35,427 nucleotides of DNA from a virus. Its lineage: Duplodnaviria; Caudoviricetes. Below, piece after piece: positions 16,921 through 25,754 of the stretch. Location of the stretch: positions 1-35,427 of IMG/VR virus record IMGVR_UViG_3300020042_010264; one strand, given 5' to 3'. The position numbers and the translations under genes were made by a program. A model generated the notes under the pieces. That model was given only the letters and a program-made list of their open reading frames with translations, had not been told where the DNA came from and made no database searches. The first letter of the stretch is position 1. Every line of letters starts with the position of its first letter.

Positions 16921-17403
16921 ATGACAAAACACAAACTGAAACAAGCTACAACACTACCATACCTTAGTTACGTTCGCAACGAGTTAGAAATCACAAACAC
17001 AAGAGTAAAAAAATGGGCAGACTGGATACCAGAATCCGATGTGTATGAAGCGTTTTATGAGCAAAGATCGGTAATAATACCAATACCTGTGTGTGATTGG
17101 AGTTTTCTTGTTTGTTTACATGAAATAGGTCATATTAGTACTGGTGATCGTGTATTTGGCTATTTAAGAGAGTATAATGCTGAGCAATGGGCTATAAAGA
17201 GGGCTAAGCAATCTTACAATATTGTGTGTGATGAGTATGTGGAAGACGCTAAAGTGTATGTAAAAGGTCATTTGTTAGCAAACCTTATTCATGATGGCTT
17301 AGAATTAGAAAAGATTAGGCCATACGTGTTAGATTGGTTAGGTGAATCACATACTACATTAGCACAGAATCTTGTAGAATTAAAAGCTCAACAAAGTTGT
17401 TAA
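16921..17403 (+). CDS. HEXXH zinc metallopeptidase-like protein
   Basis: CLHEIGH and REYNAEQWA. ATG 16921 is preferred over GTG 16897. Confidence 0.7.
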   Translation: MTKHKLKQATTLPYLSYVRNELEITNTRVKKWADWIPESDVYEAFYEQRSVIIPIPVCDWSFLVCLHEIGHISTGDRVFGYLREYNAEQWAIKRAKQSYNIVCDEYVEDAKVYVKGHLLANLIHDGLELEKIRPYVLDWLGESHTTLAQNLVELKAQQSC

Positions 17404-17427
17404 ATTAAAAAAAAGATTGTATATTTA
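17396..17427 (+). promoter_or_regulatory. promoter of the tRNA/tmRNA operon
   Basis: GTTG 17396-17399, 20-bp spacer, TATATTTA 17420-17427; also contains TATTTAT. Confidence 0.7.
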
Positions 17428-17444
17428 TAATACATTCACTTAAT

Positions 17445-17516
17445 TGCCCTTTCGTCTAACTGGCAGGACAAATGTTTTTGGTACATTGAATCGAAGTTCA
17501 AATCTTTGAGGGGCAA
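17445..17516 (+). tRNA. tRNA-Gln(UUG), CCA not encoded
   Basis: Acceptor stem TGCCCTT/AGGGGCA, anticodon arm AATGT-TTTTGGT-ACATT, T arm CGAAG-TTCAAAT-CTTTG. Confidence 0.9.
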
Positions 17517-17521
17517 CATAT

Positions 17522-17596
17522 CGCGGAATAGAGCAGAGGTAGCTCGCTAGGCTCATAACCTAGAGGTCGTAGGTTCGAATCCTACTTCCGCAACCA
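17522..17596 (+). tRNA. tRNA-Met(CAU), initiator-like, CCA encoded
   Basis: CGCGGAA/TTCCGCA with a C1:A72 mismatch, anticodon arm CTAGG-CTCATAA-CCTAG, T loop GTTCGAATC. Confidence 0.95.
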
Positions 17597-17985
17597 AGTA
17601 AGTAACAGTTCTTTGACATATAGGAGATAAAAACATGGAAATATTATCATTTGCTTTTGGTATGCTTTCGATGATTGCAGTAGGTTTAATTGCTGTAGTT
17701 GTTGTAGGTATAGTAAAGGTAATAAAAATGCAAAATCAAATAAACAATTTAGATCGTATGACTGAAAGTGGTCATGATCAAATTCACACTCGTGTTACCA
17801 ACGAATACGAACACCTTAGTAATATTATTGAGAGTGAATGTAGGGAGTTGAATTCAAGAATCGATGAACTACTCAGTCACGTTGATTCAAGAATCGATAA
17901 AACTGAAAACAAAATGAAAAACGGCAATATTGTCACAAAACAAACCATTAACGGTTAAAAATAGTTAATAGAGCTGTTACTTACT
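17597..17985 (+). repeat. long-range inverted repeat (17597-17621 / 17961-17985) enclosing an ORF; left arm contains boxA-like AGTTCTTTGACA
   Basis: AGTAAGTAACAGTTCT pairs with AGAGCTGTTACTTACT (one G-U); the duplex extends to about 24 bp with two single-base bulges. Confidence 0.85.
17635..17958 (+). CDS. single-TM coiled-coil protein
   Basis: N-terminal TM, heptad pattern with repeated (N/D)SRID; AGGAGA at 17622-17627 upstream. Confidence 0.75.
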   Translation: MEILSFAFGMLSMIAVGLIAVVVVGIVKVIKMQNQINNLDRMTESGHDQIHTRVTNEYEHLSNIIESECRELNSRIDELLSHVDSRIDKTENKMKNGNIVTKQTING

Positions 17986-17994
17986 ATCTTATAT

Positions 17995-18371
17995 GGGGAT
18001 GTCAAGGTATCGATTGGCAGTCGTAGTTTTCTAGATGCAGGCAGGATAAGATGGAAATCCTTATAAGACTATCAAACAACAACCGCAAACGTAGAATTAT
18101 CTACAATGACCTTTGAAGACGCAATGTCTTTCGTTGGTGTTGACTTAGCAGTAGCTGCCTAGTCGCTCCCGTATCACTCACGGGACTTAAAAAAGAAGTG
18201 AAGCTCAGGTGGAAAAGTGATTGAACCTAAATCGAATCACCCATTGTTTGTTGGTTGTCGATGGTGAAGAACCAACCGAATATTTTGTTAGTTAAGAAAA
18301 ATTGACTAAGCCTGTGAATGAGTCTAAGAAATTAGCTGAGCAAGACGAGGGTTCGAATCCCTCCATCTCCA
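17995..18371 (+). ncRNA. ssrA: tmRNA (transfer-messenger RNA)
   Basis: 5' GGGGATG pairs with 3' CATCTCC-A, giving the G3-U70 alanine identity pair; T arm GAGG-GTTCGAATC-CCTC; tag ORF 18085-18162 ANVELSTMTFEDAMSFVGVDLAVAA*. Confidence 0.92.
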
Positions 18372-18373
18372 CT

Positions 18374-18399
18374 AAGCCCACTTTTTGTGGGCTTTTTTT
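18374..18399 (+). terminator. rho-independent terminator
   Basis: AAGCCCAC-TTTTT-GTGGGCTT hairpin followed by a T-run, right after the tmRNA. Confidence 0.85.
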
Positions 18400-18423
18400 A
18401 TTTGGCTAAACTATTTATAGGTA

Positions 18424-18455
18424 GTTGCTTTTTGTTTATTTAATTTGTATATTAA
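18424..18455 (+). promoter_or_regulatory. putative early promoter (GTTG-N20-TATATTAA)
   Basis: Conserved 20-bp spacing; a TATTTAT motif also lies at 18412-18418. Confidence 0.6.
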
Positions 18456-18485
18456 TAATATTATAAACATTTAAAAACATTACAG

Positions 18486-18767
18486 ATGATTTTACACACA
18501 GTATTAGCAATCGCCGGCATTCTTCAAGTGAGTGTCACCAGTTACTTAATTCACGGTTACCGTGCCAAATTGAAACAAGCAAATTTATTGTACGACACAG
18601 TAAAAAACTTTGCTGATGAGTCTGGTAAGACCATTTTAAAGCTCAGTAAAGAAAAAGTTGACTTAGCCAAAACCGTTACTAATTTACAAATGAAAGTAGA
18701 GTCGTTGCTTGAAAGAACAGCTGCTCCAGTAAAGCAAGGTCGTCCAACAAAGAACAACACTAAATAA
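18486..18767 (+). CDS. TM plus coiled-coil hypothetical protein
   Basis: 93 aa, hydrophobic N-terminus, basic tail. Confidence 0.7.
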   Translation: MILHTVLAIAGILQVSVTSYLIHGYRAKLKQANLLYDTVKNFADESGKTILKLSKEKVDLAKTVTNLQMKVESLLERTAAPVKQGRPTKNNTK

Positions 18768-18773
18768 TACAAA

Positions 18774-19190
18774 ATGGGATGTTTTAACAACCTTGTATCA
18801 TCTAAGTTTTTATCAAACATCACAGTAGAGCTTGATTTAGCTCGCAAGAGTTTGGATTTGTTGAGTGACAGCTACTTTCCACGAGAATTGCCATTTAACA
18901 AAAAGCAAAAATTGGAGTTATATGGCAACTATCTATACTACTATGGCTTTCTCGATGCCATGCGGGAAGTGAAGATGAAAGATCAAAAAGCTTTATTTTA
19001 CATTGAGCAAGATGATGCAATGTTGTTATTTAGTAGGAGTAAGAGCATATTAAATGATGCTATTATATACTACTACAACGTAGCTGGAATGATACCATCA
19101 TGCAAAACAAAACACATTGTTAATGGCTTGACTGTCTACACGTCTTTAACAGACAAAAGATTGCAATTCATACCTATATCACCAAATTAA
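18774..19190 (+). CDS. hypothetical protein
   Basis: 138-aa ORF in the operon. Confidence 0.65.
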   Translation: MGCFNNLVSSKFLSNITVELDLARKSLDLLSDSYFPRELPFNKKQKLELYGNYLYYYGFLDAMREVKMKDQKALFYIEQDDAMLLFSRSKSILNDAIIYYYNVAGMIPSCKTKHIVNGLTVYTSLTDKRLQFIPISPN

Positions 19191-19210
19191 AAATAAACAA
19201 AGTTACAAAC

Positions 19211-19975
19211 ATGACACTATCAGCAGAACAATTAGTTGAAAACTACGACAAATTCACATCATATATAGATAGGTATATTACTGGACCTAGAGCAGAAATG
19301 CTAAAGAAATTCTACAAAGATCATGCTGAGCGTATTATGCTTATGCCAGCTGCTAGTATTGACCACCATCATAACACTTTTCCAGGTGGTTACGTTGATC
19401 ACGTAATTCGTGTAATGGATTGTGCTTTAAAAGTAAAAACATTGTGGGCTGAATCTGGTGCTGTTATTGATTATACAGACGAGGAGTTGATATTTGCTGC
19501 AATGAATCACGATCTAGGAAAAATAGGTACGGAAGAAGAAGAACAGTATCAACCAAATGATTCTGAGTGGCATAGAAAGAATCAAGGCAAGTTGTATAAG
19601 CATAATCCAAACAATCCTTTTATGACTGTGCCAGATCGTAGTATTTTTTTATTACAAGCTAGAGGGATCCAAATGAGCTTTAATGAATACTTGGGCATTA
19701 AATTGCATGATGGATTATATGAAGATGCTAACAAACCTTATTACATATCCCATGCAAGGGAGTCTAAACTCAGAACAAACTTACCAATCATTTTACATCA
19801 TGCTGATCATATGGCAGCTCGTATAGAGTTTGAAATGTGGAATGCAAGTGGCGATTCAAAACAAGGAAAGCAAACAAAAGAAAAGTATAAATCAAACAAT
19901 TCTATGGAAACCTTACCGCTTTCAGAAGATGAGCAATCTAAGTTAACAAACATTTTTAATCAACTATTCGTTTAA
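19211..19975 (+). CDS. HD-domain phosphohydrolase (YhaM-like HD domain)
   Basis: HHNTFPGGYVDH, NHDLGKIG, LHDG, LHHAD. Confidence 0.88.
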   Translation: MTLSAEQLVENYDKFTSYIDRYITGPRAEMLKKFYKDHAERIMLMPAASIDHHHNTFPGGYVDHVIRVMDCALKVKTLWAESGAVIDYTDEELIFAAMNHDLGKIGTEEEEQYQPNDSEWHRKNQGKLYKHNPNNPFMTVPDRSIFLLQARGIQMSFNEYLGIKLHDGLYEDANKPYYISHARESKLRTNLPIILHHADHMAARIEFEMWNASGDSKQGKQTKEKYKSNNSMETLPLSEDEQSKLTNIFNQLFV

Positions 19976-19976
19976 T

Positions 19977-20297
19977 ATGGTCTTTATTATTATATTACTA
20001 CTCGTAATCATAGCTATACTAATTTATTTGTTGTATATTAATTATAACAGGGCAGAGAAGGCAGTGGTCTATTGTGAAACCTACGTAAGATTCATACTTG
20101 CATTATATATGAAATTTACATCAACAAGAGCTGATATGAAAGAAATTGATCGTATTGGTGCTTTTCAGGCAGATGATGAGGTAGGACACATATTCAAAGA
20201 TTTGGATCAATCCATTGATGACCTTTATGCTTTTATCACAAAATACATTAATACAGATGACTCAGATCAAGACAAAGACAAGAAAACCGAAAACTAA
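19977..20297 (+). CDS. single-TM hypothetical protein
   Basis: Strongly hydrophobic N-terminus; GAFQADDEVG motif. Confidence 0.75.
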   Translation: MVFIIILLLVIIAILIYLLYINYNRAEKAVVYCETYVRFILALYMKFTSTRADMKEIDRIGAFQADDEVGHIFKDLDQSIDDLYAFITKYINTDDSDQDKDKKTEN

Positions 20298-20979
20298 AAG
20301 AATGTATTTTGGTCCAGAGGTGGATGTTAGTATAACAAAATACAACAATACCGAAGACAGTTTTGAAAAAAGTATGATATATCAGAAGGAGATTAAAGCT
20401 GCTTTTGATAAGTTAGCTGAAAATATAATTCACACCTTTAAGTTCTATTACACGGACAATCAAACATTGCAACAAGTGCAACATGATGTAGTAAGTTTTC
20501 TTGTTGAAAAGCTACCTAAATTTAAAAACACCAATGGCAAGGCTTTTAGTTACTTTAGTATTGTTGCTAAAAACTATTGCATTTTAAAAAATAAAAAAAA
20601 CTATCAAAAGCTTAAAGCATATGATAAGTTAGGTACAACAGACGATACTGAGTTGCTTGCTGTTCCAGACGATACCAACAACGATATAGACTTGTTTGAT
20701 TTTGTAGAGAAGTATGTAGCTTATTGGGATGATCACATACCAACCACTTTCACAAAAAAGAATGAGCGAATATTAGCAGCTGCACTTATTGAATTGTTTC
20801 GAAAGCGTGATAACATAGAGTTGTTTAATAAAAAGGCATTGTATGTGTATATTCGTGAAATGTCAGATGCTAACACACAAACAATCACACATATGGTTAA
20901 AGTGATGAAAGGCAAGTATAAAAAAATGCTCTCTGACTACATACGTTATGGTAATTTACAAAACAATGTGAAATACTAA
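20257..20979 (+). CDS. T4 gp55-like late-transcription sigma factor
   Basis: Sigma region-2-like KLPKF...GKAFSYFSIVAKN, directly upstream of the structural cluster. Start 20257 or 20215 is uncertain. Confidence 0.7.
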   Translation: MTQIKTKTRKPKTKRMYFGPEVDVSITKYNNTEDSFEKSMIYQKEIKAAFDKLAENIIHTFKFYYTDNQTLQQVQHDVVSFLVEKLPKFKNTNGKAFSYFSIVAKNYCILKNKKNYQKLKAYDKLGTTDDTELLAVPDDTNNDIDLFDFVEKYVAYWDDHIPTTFTKKNERILAAALIELFRKRDNIELFNKKALYVYIREMSDANTQTITHMVKVMKGKYKKMLSDYIRYGNLQNNVKY

Positions 20980-21227
20980 TGCTGGTAGTTATTGTAAAGG
21001 AAAGATTGCAAGCAATGATAGAAGATGAAATTAAGTGTTGGGGAAATGTGAGTGGTGGTCCAAATCTTGATGCCTTTGACTTTAATCCTAGAGAAACAGA
21101 TCCTAAGCTTTTAGAGGAACTGGGATACTATGCGGACAAACAAGCTTGGATTGCTGGCGTAAGAATTAAGTTTTTAAAGGATTATCTTGCCGAAGTACAA
21201 GCGCTACCTCAATTTAATGGTAAGTGA
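20979..21227 (+). CDS. hypothetical protein
   Basis: 82 aa, start overlaps the previous stop. Confidence 0.65.
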   Translation: MLVVIVKERLQAMIEDEIKCWGNVSGGPNLDAFDFNPRETDPKLLEELGYYADKQAWIAGVRIKFLKDYLAEVQALPQFNGK

Positions 21228-21265
21228 TAATTTCAAATCACTGCTATTTATATAAAAAACACATT

Positions 21266-21610
21266 ATGGAAAAGGATGCATTATTGTTTGATAATAAATC
21301 GTTTAGTGACCTACTAAGAGACGTATATAACAACACAAAAAAGAAAGAGTTGCAAATCAATGCGTTGATTGATCAACTTAAGCCCATGATTAAGAATATG
21401 ACTGATGCTTCTTTAATGGTGCCTTTAATTAAAGAGTATCTCGAGGTGTCTGTTAAAAATGATGATAATCTTGTTAAGCTAACATCTATAGTACAAAGAT
21501 TGTTAGTATCTAGTGGTAAAAACACAAATCAAGATGAGCTGGGTTTATCTGAAGCTGAACGAAAGCAATTATTAGATGAAGCTCAAACTTTATTAGACAA
21601 AAGTTTGTAA
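21266..21610 (+). CDS. helical late protein of unknown function
   Basis: ATG 21266 follows TATTTAT (21245-21251) and an AAAAAACACATT leader. Confidence 0.7.
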   Translation: MEKDALLFDNKSFSDLLRDVYNNTKKKELQINALIDQLKPMIKNMTDASLMVPLIKEYLEVSVKNDDNLVKLTSIVQRLLVSSGKNTNQDELGLSEAERKQLLDEAQTLLDKSL

Positions 21611-21611
21611 C

Positions 21612-22595
21612 ATGAGTTCAAATCTTTTTACAGGCTTAGGTGATTTATATAGAGTAAATACACCAACACAAAACAGTTCACAACAATCTTTTAAAACATT
21701 TGCCGGTCATGTAATAGAAATATGCATGACAAGTGATGGTCCATTATATGAGTCGCCTAGGGATATAGGTAAAATTAAATTTCGAGATTTAGTCACAGAG
21801 TATAATAGAGCTGAATCTGAGCTTACAAAGCTTGCTTATCCATTAGATAGATCCATAGCAAGATATCCTTTTCCAGGTGAAGAGGTTATTATCTATCAAG
21901 CTGTGGGTGAGTCAGATTCCATAATTAACACAACTTTAGCAAACATCTACTTTTATAGCTTTGTAGTTAGTGCAATGCATAATGTTTCCTTTAATGCTAA
22001 TCCTTTTTTTGGTACTGATGCTGCTAACATCAATCCATCAACACCATTATTAAACTTAGTATCAAATTTAGTTGATCCAAATTCAGCTAAAACACGATTT
22101 GATGTAAAAATAGCTGATATTAATCTTGTTAAAGATGGTAGCAATAAATTAAAAGTATATAAGCAATTACAACCATTTGAAGGTGATTTTATACTACAAG
22201 GGCGATTTGGCAATACAATACGATTTGGATCAACTTCTGCAAAAAACGAAACACCATGGTCTACAGGGTCTAATAAACCTGGTATATCTGGTGATGCTGT
22301 TATGGTTCTGCGTGTTGATAGAGATTATGTTACTAATGAGGAATCTATGTTGGCTCAAGAAGATCCTGATGTGGATGATGCCTCAATCTACTTATGTACG
22401 TCTCAGCGTGTGTTGTTGACTTTGGGTTGCTCTAAAGAACTAAAAACATGGAAATCAAGATATAATATTAACGATAGTAATGCCAGTGGTGCTGGTAGTA
22501 ATGTTACCAAAACACGAGATACAAGTGAATTATGGCAGAAAACAGTAGAATCTGATCAACCAATAAGTCAAACATTTGAATCACCAACAAACTAA
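21612..22595 (+). CDS. baseplate spike/hub protein, N-terminal part (gp5/gpV-like)
   Basis: OB-fold-like start (GHVIEI...GKIKF...YPFPGEEVII) and QPFEGDFILQGRFGNTIRFGST; located upstream of gp25/gp6. Confidence 0.55.
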   Translation: MSSNLFTGLGDLYRVNTPTQNSSQQSFKTFAGHVIEICMTSDGPLYESPRDIGKIKFRDLVTEYNRAESELTKLAYPLDRSIARYPFPGEEVIIYQAVGESDSIINTTLANIYFYSFVVSAMHNVSFNANPFFGTDAANINPSTPLLNLVSNLVDPNSAKTRFDVKIADINLVKDGSNKLKVYKQLQPFEGDFILQGRFGNTIRFGSTSAKNETPWSTGSNKPGISGDAVMVLRVDRDYVTNEESMLAQEDPDVDDASIYLCTSQRVLLTLGCSKELKTWKSRYNINDSNASGAGSNVTKTRDTSELWQKTVESDQPISQTFESPTN

Positions 22596-22600
22596 TCAGT

Positions 22601-23530
22601 ATGTCATACACAACACCACCAACCTTAGATTCAACTTTACAAAAAGACTTAAATAGTTTGGTTGCTGTGTTTGCAGCAAATCATAAAGTAATTGCAAAAA
22701 CGATACTACAAGCAGGAATTGCATCAGCTGGTTTAAAATCACCTAAAATTAGTTTAGAAAACTTAATACAGCTAATTGATACTGTTATTATACCTACAAC
22801 ACATGCGTGGGAAGGTGGTTGGAGTGACCATCCAAGTGATAGTGGTGGTGCTACAATGCGTGGTGTAATATTAACAACCTTTAGAGGGCTGTTTGATAGT
22901 ATATTTATTAATACTGCTATACCAGCAGTTGCTACCGCTGCCCAAAATTGGAATAAAAAATATCCAAATTGGAAAAAAGATAATGAATTGGGTAAGAAAA
23001 TGTTGTATGTAGTGGCTGGTAATCCAAGTGTTGGTGGTTTGTTTATTTACAAATTTCTAGCTAGTGGTAGTAATAGATACCCTATAGCTATTATGTCGGA
23101 AGATCCCTTTTTAGGGTTTTTCTTGTCTGAATGTTGTTGGGGATCAGGAGCTGGAGTTTATAGTTCTAGCAGAGCTGACTTTGATGGATTAGCAAGAAAA
23201 TATGGTTGGGATGGTTCCCATGCAAAATGGGCATCCTTCATAAATGGTTTAGGAGACAAGACTGTTGAATTTGCAACACAAGCCATACTGTACAGATACA
23301 ATCACTTAATGAGAATAAGCAAACCTGGGACAAAAAACAACGTATTTAGAAAAGGATGGTTAAATAGGTTGTTGAATGCAGCTAATTCAAATATCATGAT
23401 GCTTGTTAAAATTAATGAGAATTTCAACACAAATTCAAGCAATCAATACAATCTATCTCCGAGTGAGTTAGCTCATTTAAAAAGGAAAGCTGATGGGTAT
23501 AGACAATTAAATATAGAATTACCAGGATAA
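22601..23530 (+). CDS. GH108-family muramidase (virion-associated lysozyme candidate)
   Basis: EGGWSDHPSDSGGATMRGV matches the EGGY...D.GG.T..G motif; C-terminal FRKGWLNR peptidoglycan-binding motif. Confidence 0.8.
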   Translation: MSYTTPPTLDSTLQKDLNSLVAVFAANHKVIAKTILQAGIASAGLKSPKISLENLIQLIDTVIIPTTHAWEGGWSDHPSDSGGATMRGVILTTFRGLFDSIFINTAIPAVATAAQNWNKKYPNWKKDNELGKKMLYVVAGNPSVGGLFIYKFLASGSNRYPIAIMSEDPFLGFFLSECCWGSGAGVYSSSRADFDGLARKYGWDGSHAKWASFINGLGDKTVEFATQAILYRYNHLMRISKPGTKNNVFRKGWLNRLLNAANSNIMMLVKINENFNTNSSNQYNLSPSELAHLKRKADGYRQLNIELPG

Positions 23531-23531
23531 G

Positions 23532-24434
23532 ATGGCATTAATTACATACGACATATTAAAGCAGCAATTGCAACAAGGTGGTGGATTAAGCGTTACACCA
23601 AGCGATAGTGGCGTACCTGTAGGTGTTGGCCTCACTGGTGCTGTGTCTATTGATGTACCACAACTACCAAAAATAGATTTTCCAATGGATGATTTAACTT
23701 TTAGTAGCCCACTTAAGGGTGAAAAAAGAGACTTAAATCAGCTGTTAGGATTGAGTGATGGTAATGGTGGAAAACAAAACTTCTATGCTGGAAGTCAAAT
23801 CATAATTAATTCTGATAGACTTGTCTTAAATTCAAGAGTGGATTATGTAATGTTGTTTGGTCAAGAGGGTGTAGCAATATCATCACAAGGAAATGTAAAT
23901 ATAGATGCTGATGATGCTGTAACAATTTATGGTGAGGAAGGTGTTTTTATAGGAGTTCCAGGCAAAGGTAAGAGTTTAGATGCTGGTGGTGGTAATATGA
24001 TACCTCCAAAAAAGAAATCAGATCCTACTTTAGATAACGATTATGAACCTATGGTATTAGGTTTAAAATTAGCTAACTTGGTTGAGGATTTATTGATACT
24101 GCTTAAAAATGCAACTATACTCACACCTATTGGTAAAGGTTATTTTCGTGAAGACACTATGTACGAATTGGCTTGTTTGCAAGCAAGATTGCCTGAGATT
24201 TTAAGTAATTATGCTTATGTAGATGGATTGAGTCATGACCAACCAGATCCAGGACCTGAGGCACCTAAAATTGTAACACAACCTCCTACTACATTGGTTG
24301 GTACAGTTACTGGAACTTTTAGTGGCACGACATCAGCTGCAGATCCGAACGCAGCTTCAAATACCATATCAAATCCGCTTTCAGATCAACCAGATTTTTA
24401 TGAAACAGAAACTTTATATAACGATACTTTATAA
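23532..24434 (+). CDS. baseplate spike protein, C-terminal beta-rich part (gp5-like)
   Basis: GSQIIINSDRLVLNS...VAISSQGNVNIDA beta-strand repeats, then EPMVLG..L. Confidence 0.55.
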   Translation: MALITYDILKQQLQQGGGLSVTPSDSGVPVGVGLTGAVSIDVPQLPKIDFPMDDLTFSSPLKGEKRDLNQLLGLSDGNGGKQNFYAGSQIIINSDRLVLNSRVDYVMLFGQEGVAISSQGNVNIDADDAVTIYGEEGVFIGVPGKGKSLDAGGGNMIPPKKKSDPTLDNDYEPMVLGLKLANLVEDLLILLKNATILTPIGKGYFREDTMYELACLQARLPEILSNYAYVDGLSHDQPDPGPEAPKIVTQPPTTLVGTVTGTFSGTTSAADPNAASNTISNPLSDQPDFYETETLYNDTL

Positions 24435-24436
24435 TT

Positions 24437-25750
24437 ATGGGTAATATAAAACAAATGGTTGTGCAACAAAACCAAGCTATCATGCTTACAGAGGCAAATG
24501 ATTATTTTAAATATTTGTCTGCTGGTTTGCAAAAAGATAAAGGTGTGTCCATCACAGTAGATCAAAGCTATATGTCAAGTTATGACATAAATAACGAGCT
24601 TAGAAACTTTGTAAAAAACAAAACCACTGCTCCAGCTGATATTCAAGCGCTATTGGATTCTAATAAAACAATTGCCGATATTGTAAAGGAAAACAATTAT
24701 GAAAAATTAAAAACTTATTTGGACAATTTAACACCAGCTGATTTTGAACCACCACTCAAGCAAGATTTTACTTCAGCTGAAGGTATAATGGTGAAGCAAT
24801 TTCCAAATCACAGTTCCGTTGATCCACGACGTACTGGTAGATTAGTTAAACCTGGACCAATTGATATATTAAAGTCAACAGAAGTTTTAAAGTGGATGAT
24901 TAATAATAGCGTACTTTATGGCTATGTACTATATTCTGACAATGGTTTATATTATATTGGATCTGATCCAATTAAAAAGCAATTAAAAAATGCTAAAGAC
25001 AAGCAAGGAGAATTGAAAAAGATTGTTGGTAGGTTTTTAAAAAATAGCAATGCATTAAGCTTACTTACAACTACGGCTGAAAAGGTGTTAGATTCAAGAT
25101 TACCTGATGCAAATAGCTTTGCTGATCCAGGAAATTTAGAAACAATACCTACGCACCAAGTTAAAGACAATAATGGAAAAATACCAGAGTTAATAGTTAT
25201 TGATGGTAAAGCTGTAGTTAAACAAACTGGATTAGCTTATCTTGCAATGAGAACTGAGGCTGCTAAGGCTGGTGTTAAATTGACCATTGTTTCAGGTTTC
25301 CGACCAGCTTTTGGTAGCAACTTTAGTGGCTTAACTAGCAAAAATCGTACTATATCTTTTACAACACAAGAATCAATTCGTAGAGACAAAACAAGATGGA
25401 CTAATAGAAGTGGCTATATTGGTACTGACGAGGATTTTATTCTTAATGCTCCATCTAGATTCTATCAACCACAAACAGCTGCTCCTCGCAAATCTAATCA
25501 TGGTACTGGCATTGCACTTGATATTAACACTGGTACTAAAGATAAAAACTCATTAAACAATGCTACTTATAGTTGGTTAGTAAAAAACTCTTATAAATTT
25601 GGATTTGTGAGAGCTGTAAAAACTGAAGAATGGCATTGGGAGTTTAATCCAGACAAAGCCAAACAAGGACCTTATGCTGTTGTTGATGGTACGGATAGTA
25701 ATAGATTTTATACAAGCTTAGGTTTAGCTCAAGGACAATTTCAAACTTAA
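24437..25750 (+). CDS. M15-family (VanY-like) peptidase, virion-associated
   Basis: SGFR, SNHGTGIALD (SxHxxGxAxD), WLVKNSYKFGF, EEWHWEF. Confidence 0.85.
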   Translation: MGNIKQMVVQQNQAIMLTEANDYFKYLSAGLQKDKGVSITVDQSYMSSYDINNELRNFVKNKTTAPADIQALLDSNKTIADIVKENNYEKLKTYLDNLTPADFEPPLKQDFTSAEGIMVKQFPNHSSVDPRRTGRLVKPGPIDILKSTEVLKWMINNSVLYGYVLYSDNGLYYIGSDPIKKQLKNAKDKQGELKKIVGRFLKNSNALSLLTTTAEKVLDSRLPDANSFADPGNLETIPTHQVKDNNGKIPELIVIDGKAVVKQTGLAYLAMRTEAAKAGVKLTIVSGFRPAFGSNFSGLTSKNRTISFTTQESIRRDKTRWTNRSGYIGTDEDFILNAPSRFYQPQTAAPRKSNHGTGIALDINTGTKDKNSLNNATYSWLVKNSYKFGFVRAVKTEEWHWEFNPDKAKQGPYAVVDGTDSNRFYTSLGLAQGQFQT

Positions 25751-25754
25751 TTAT

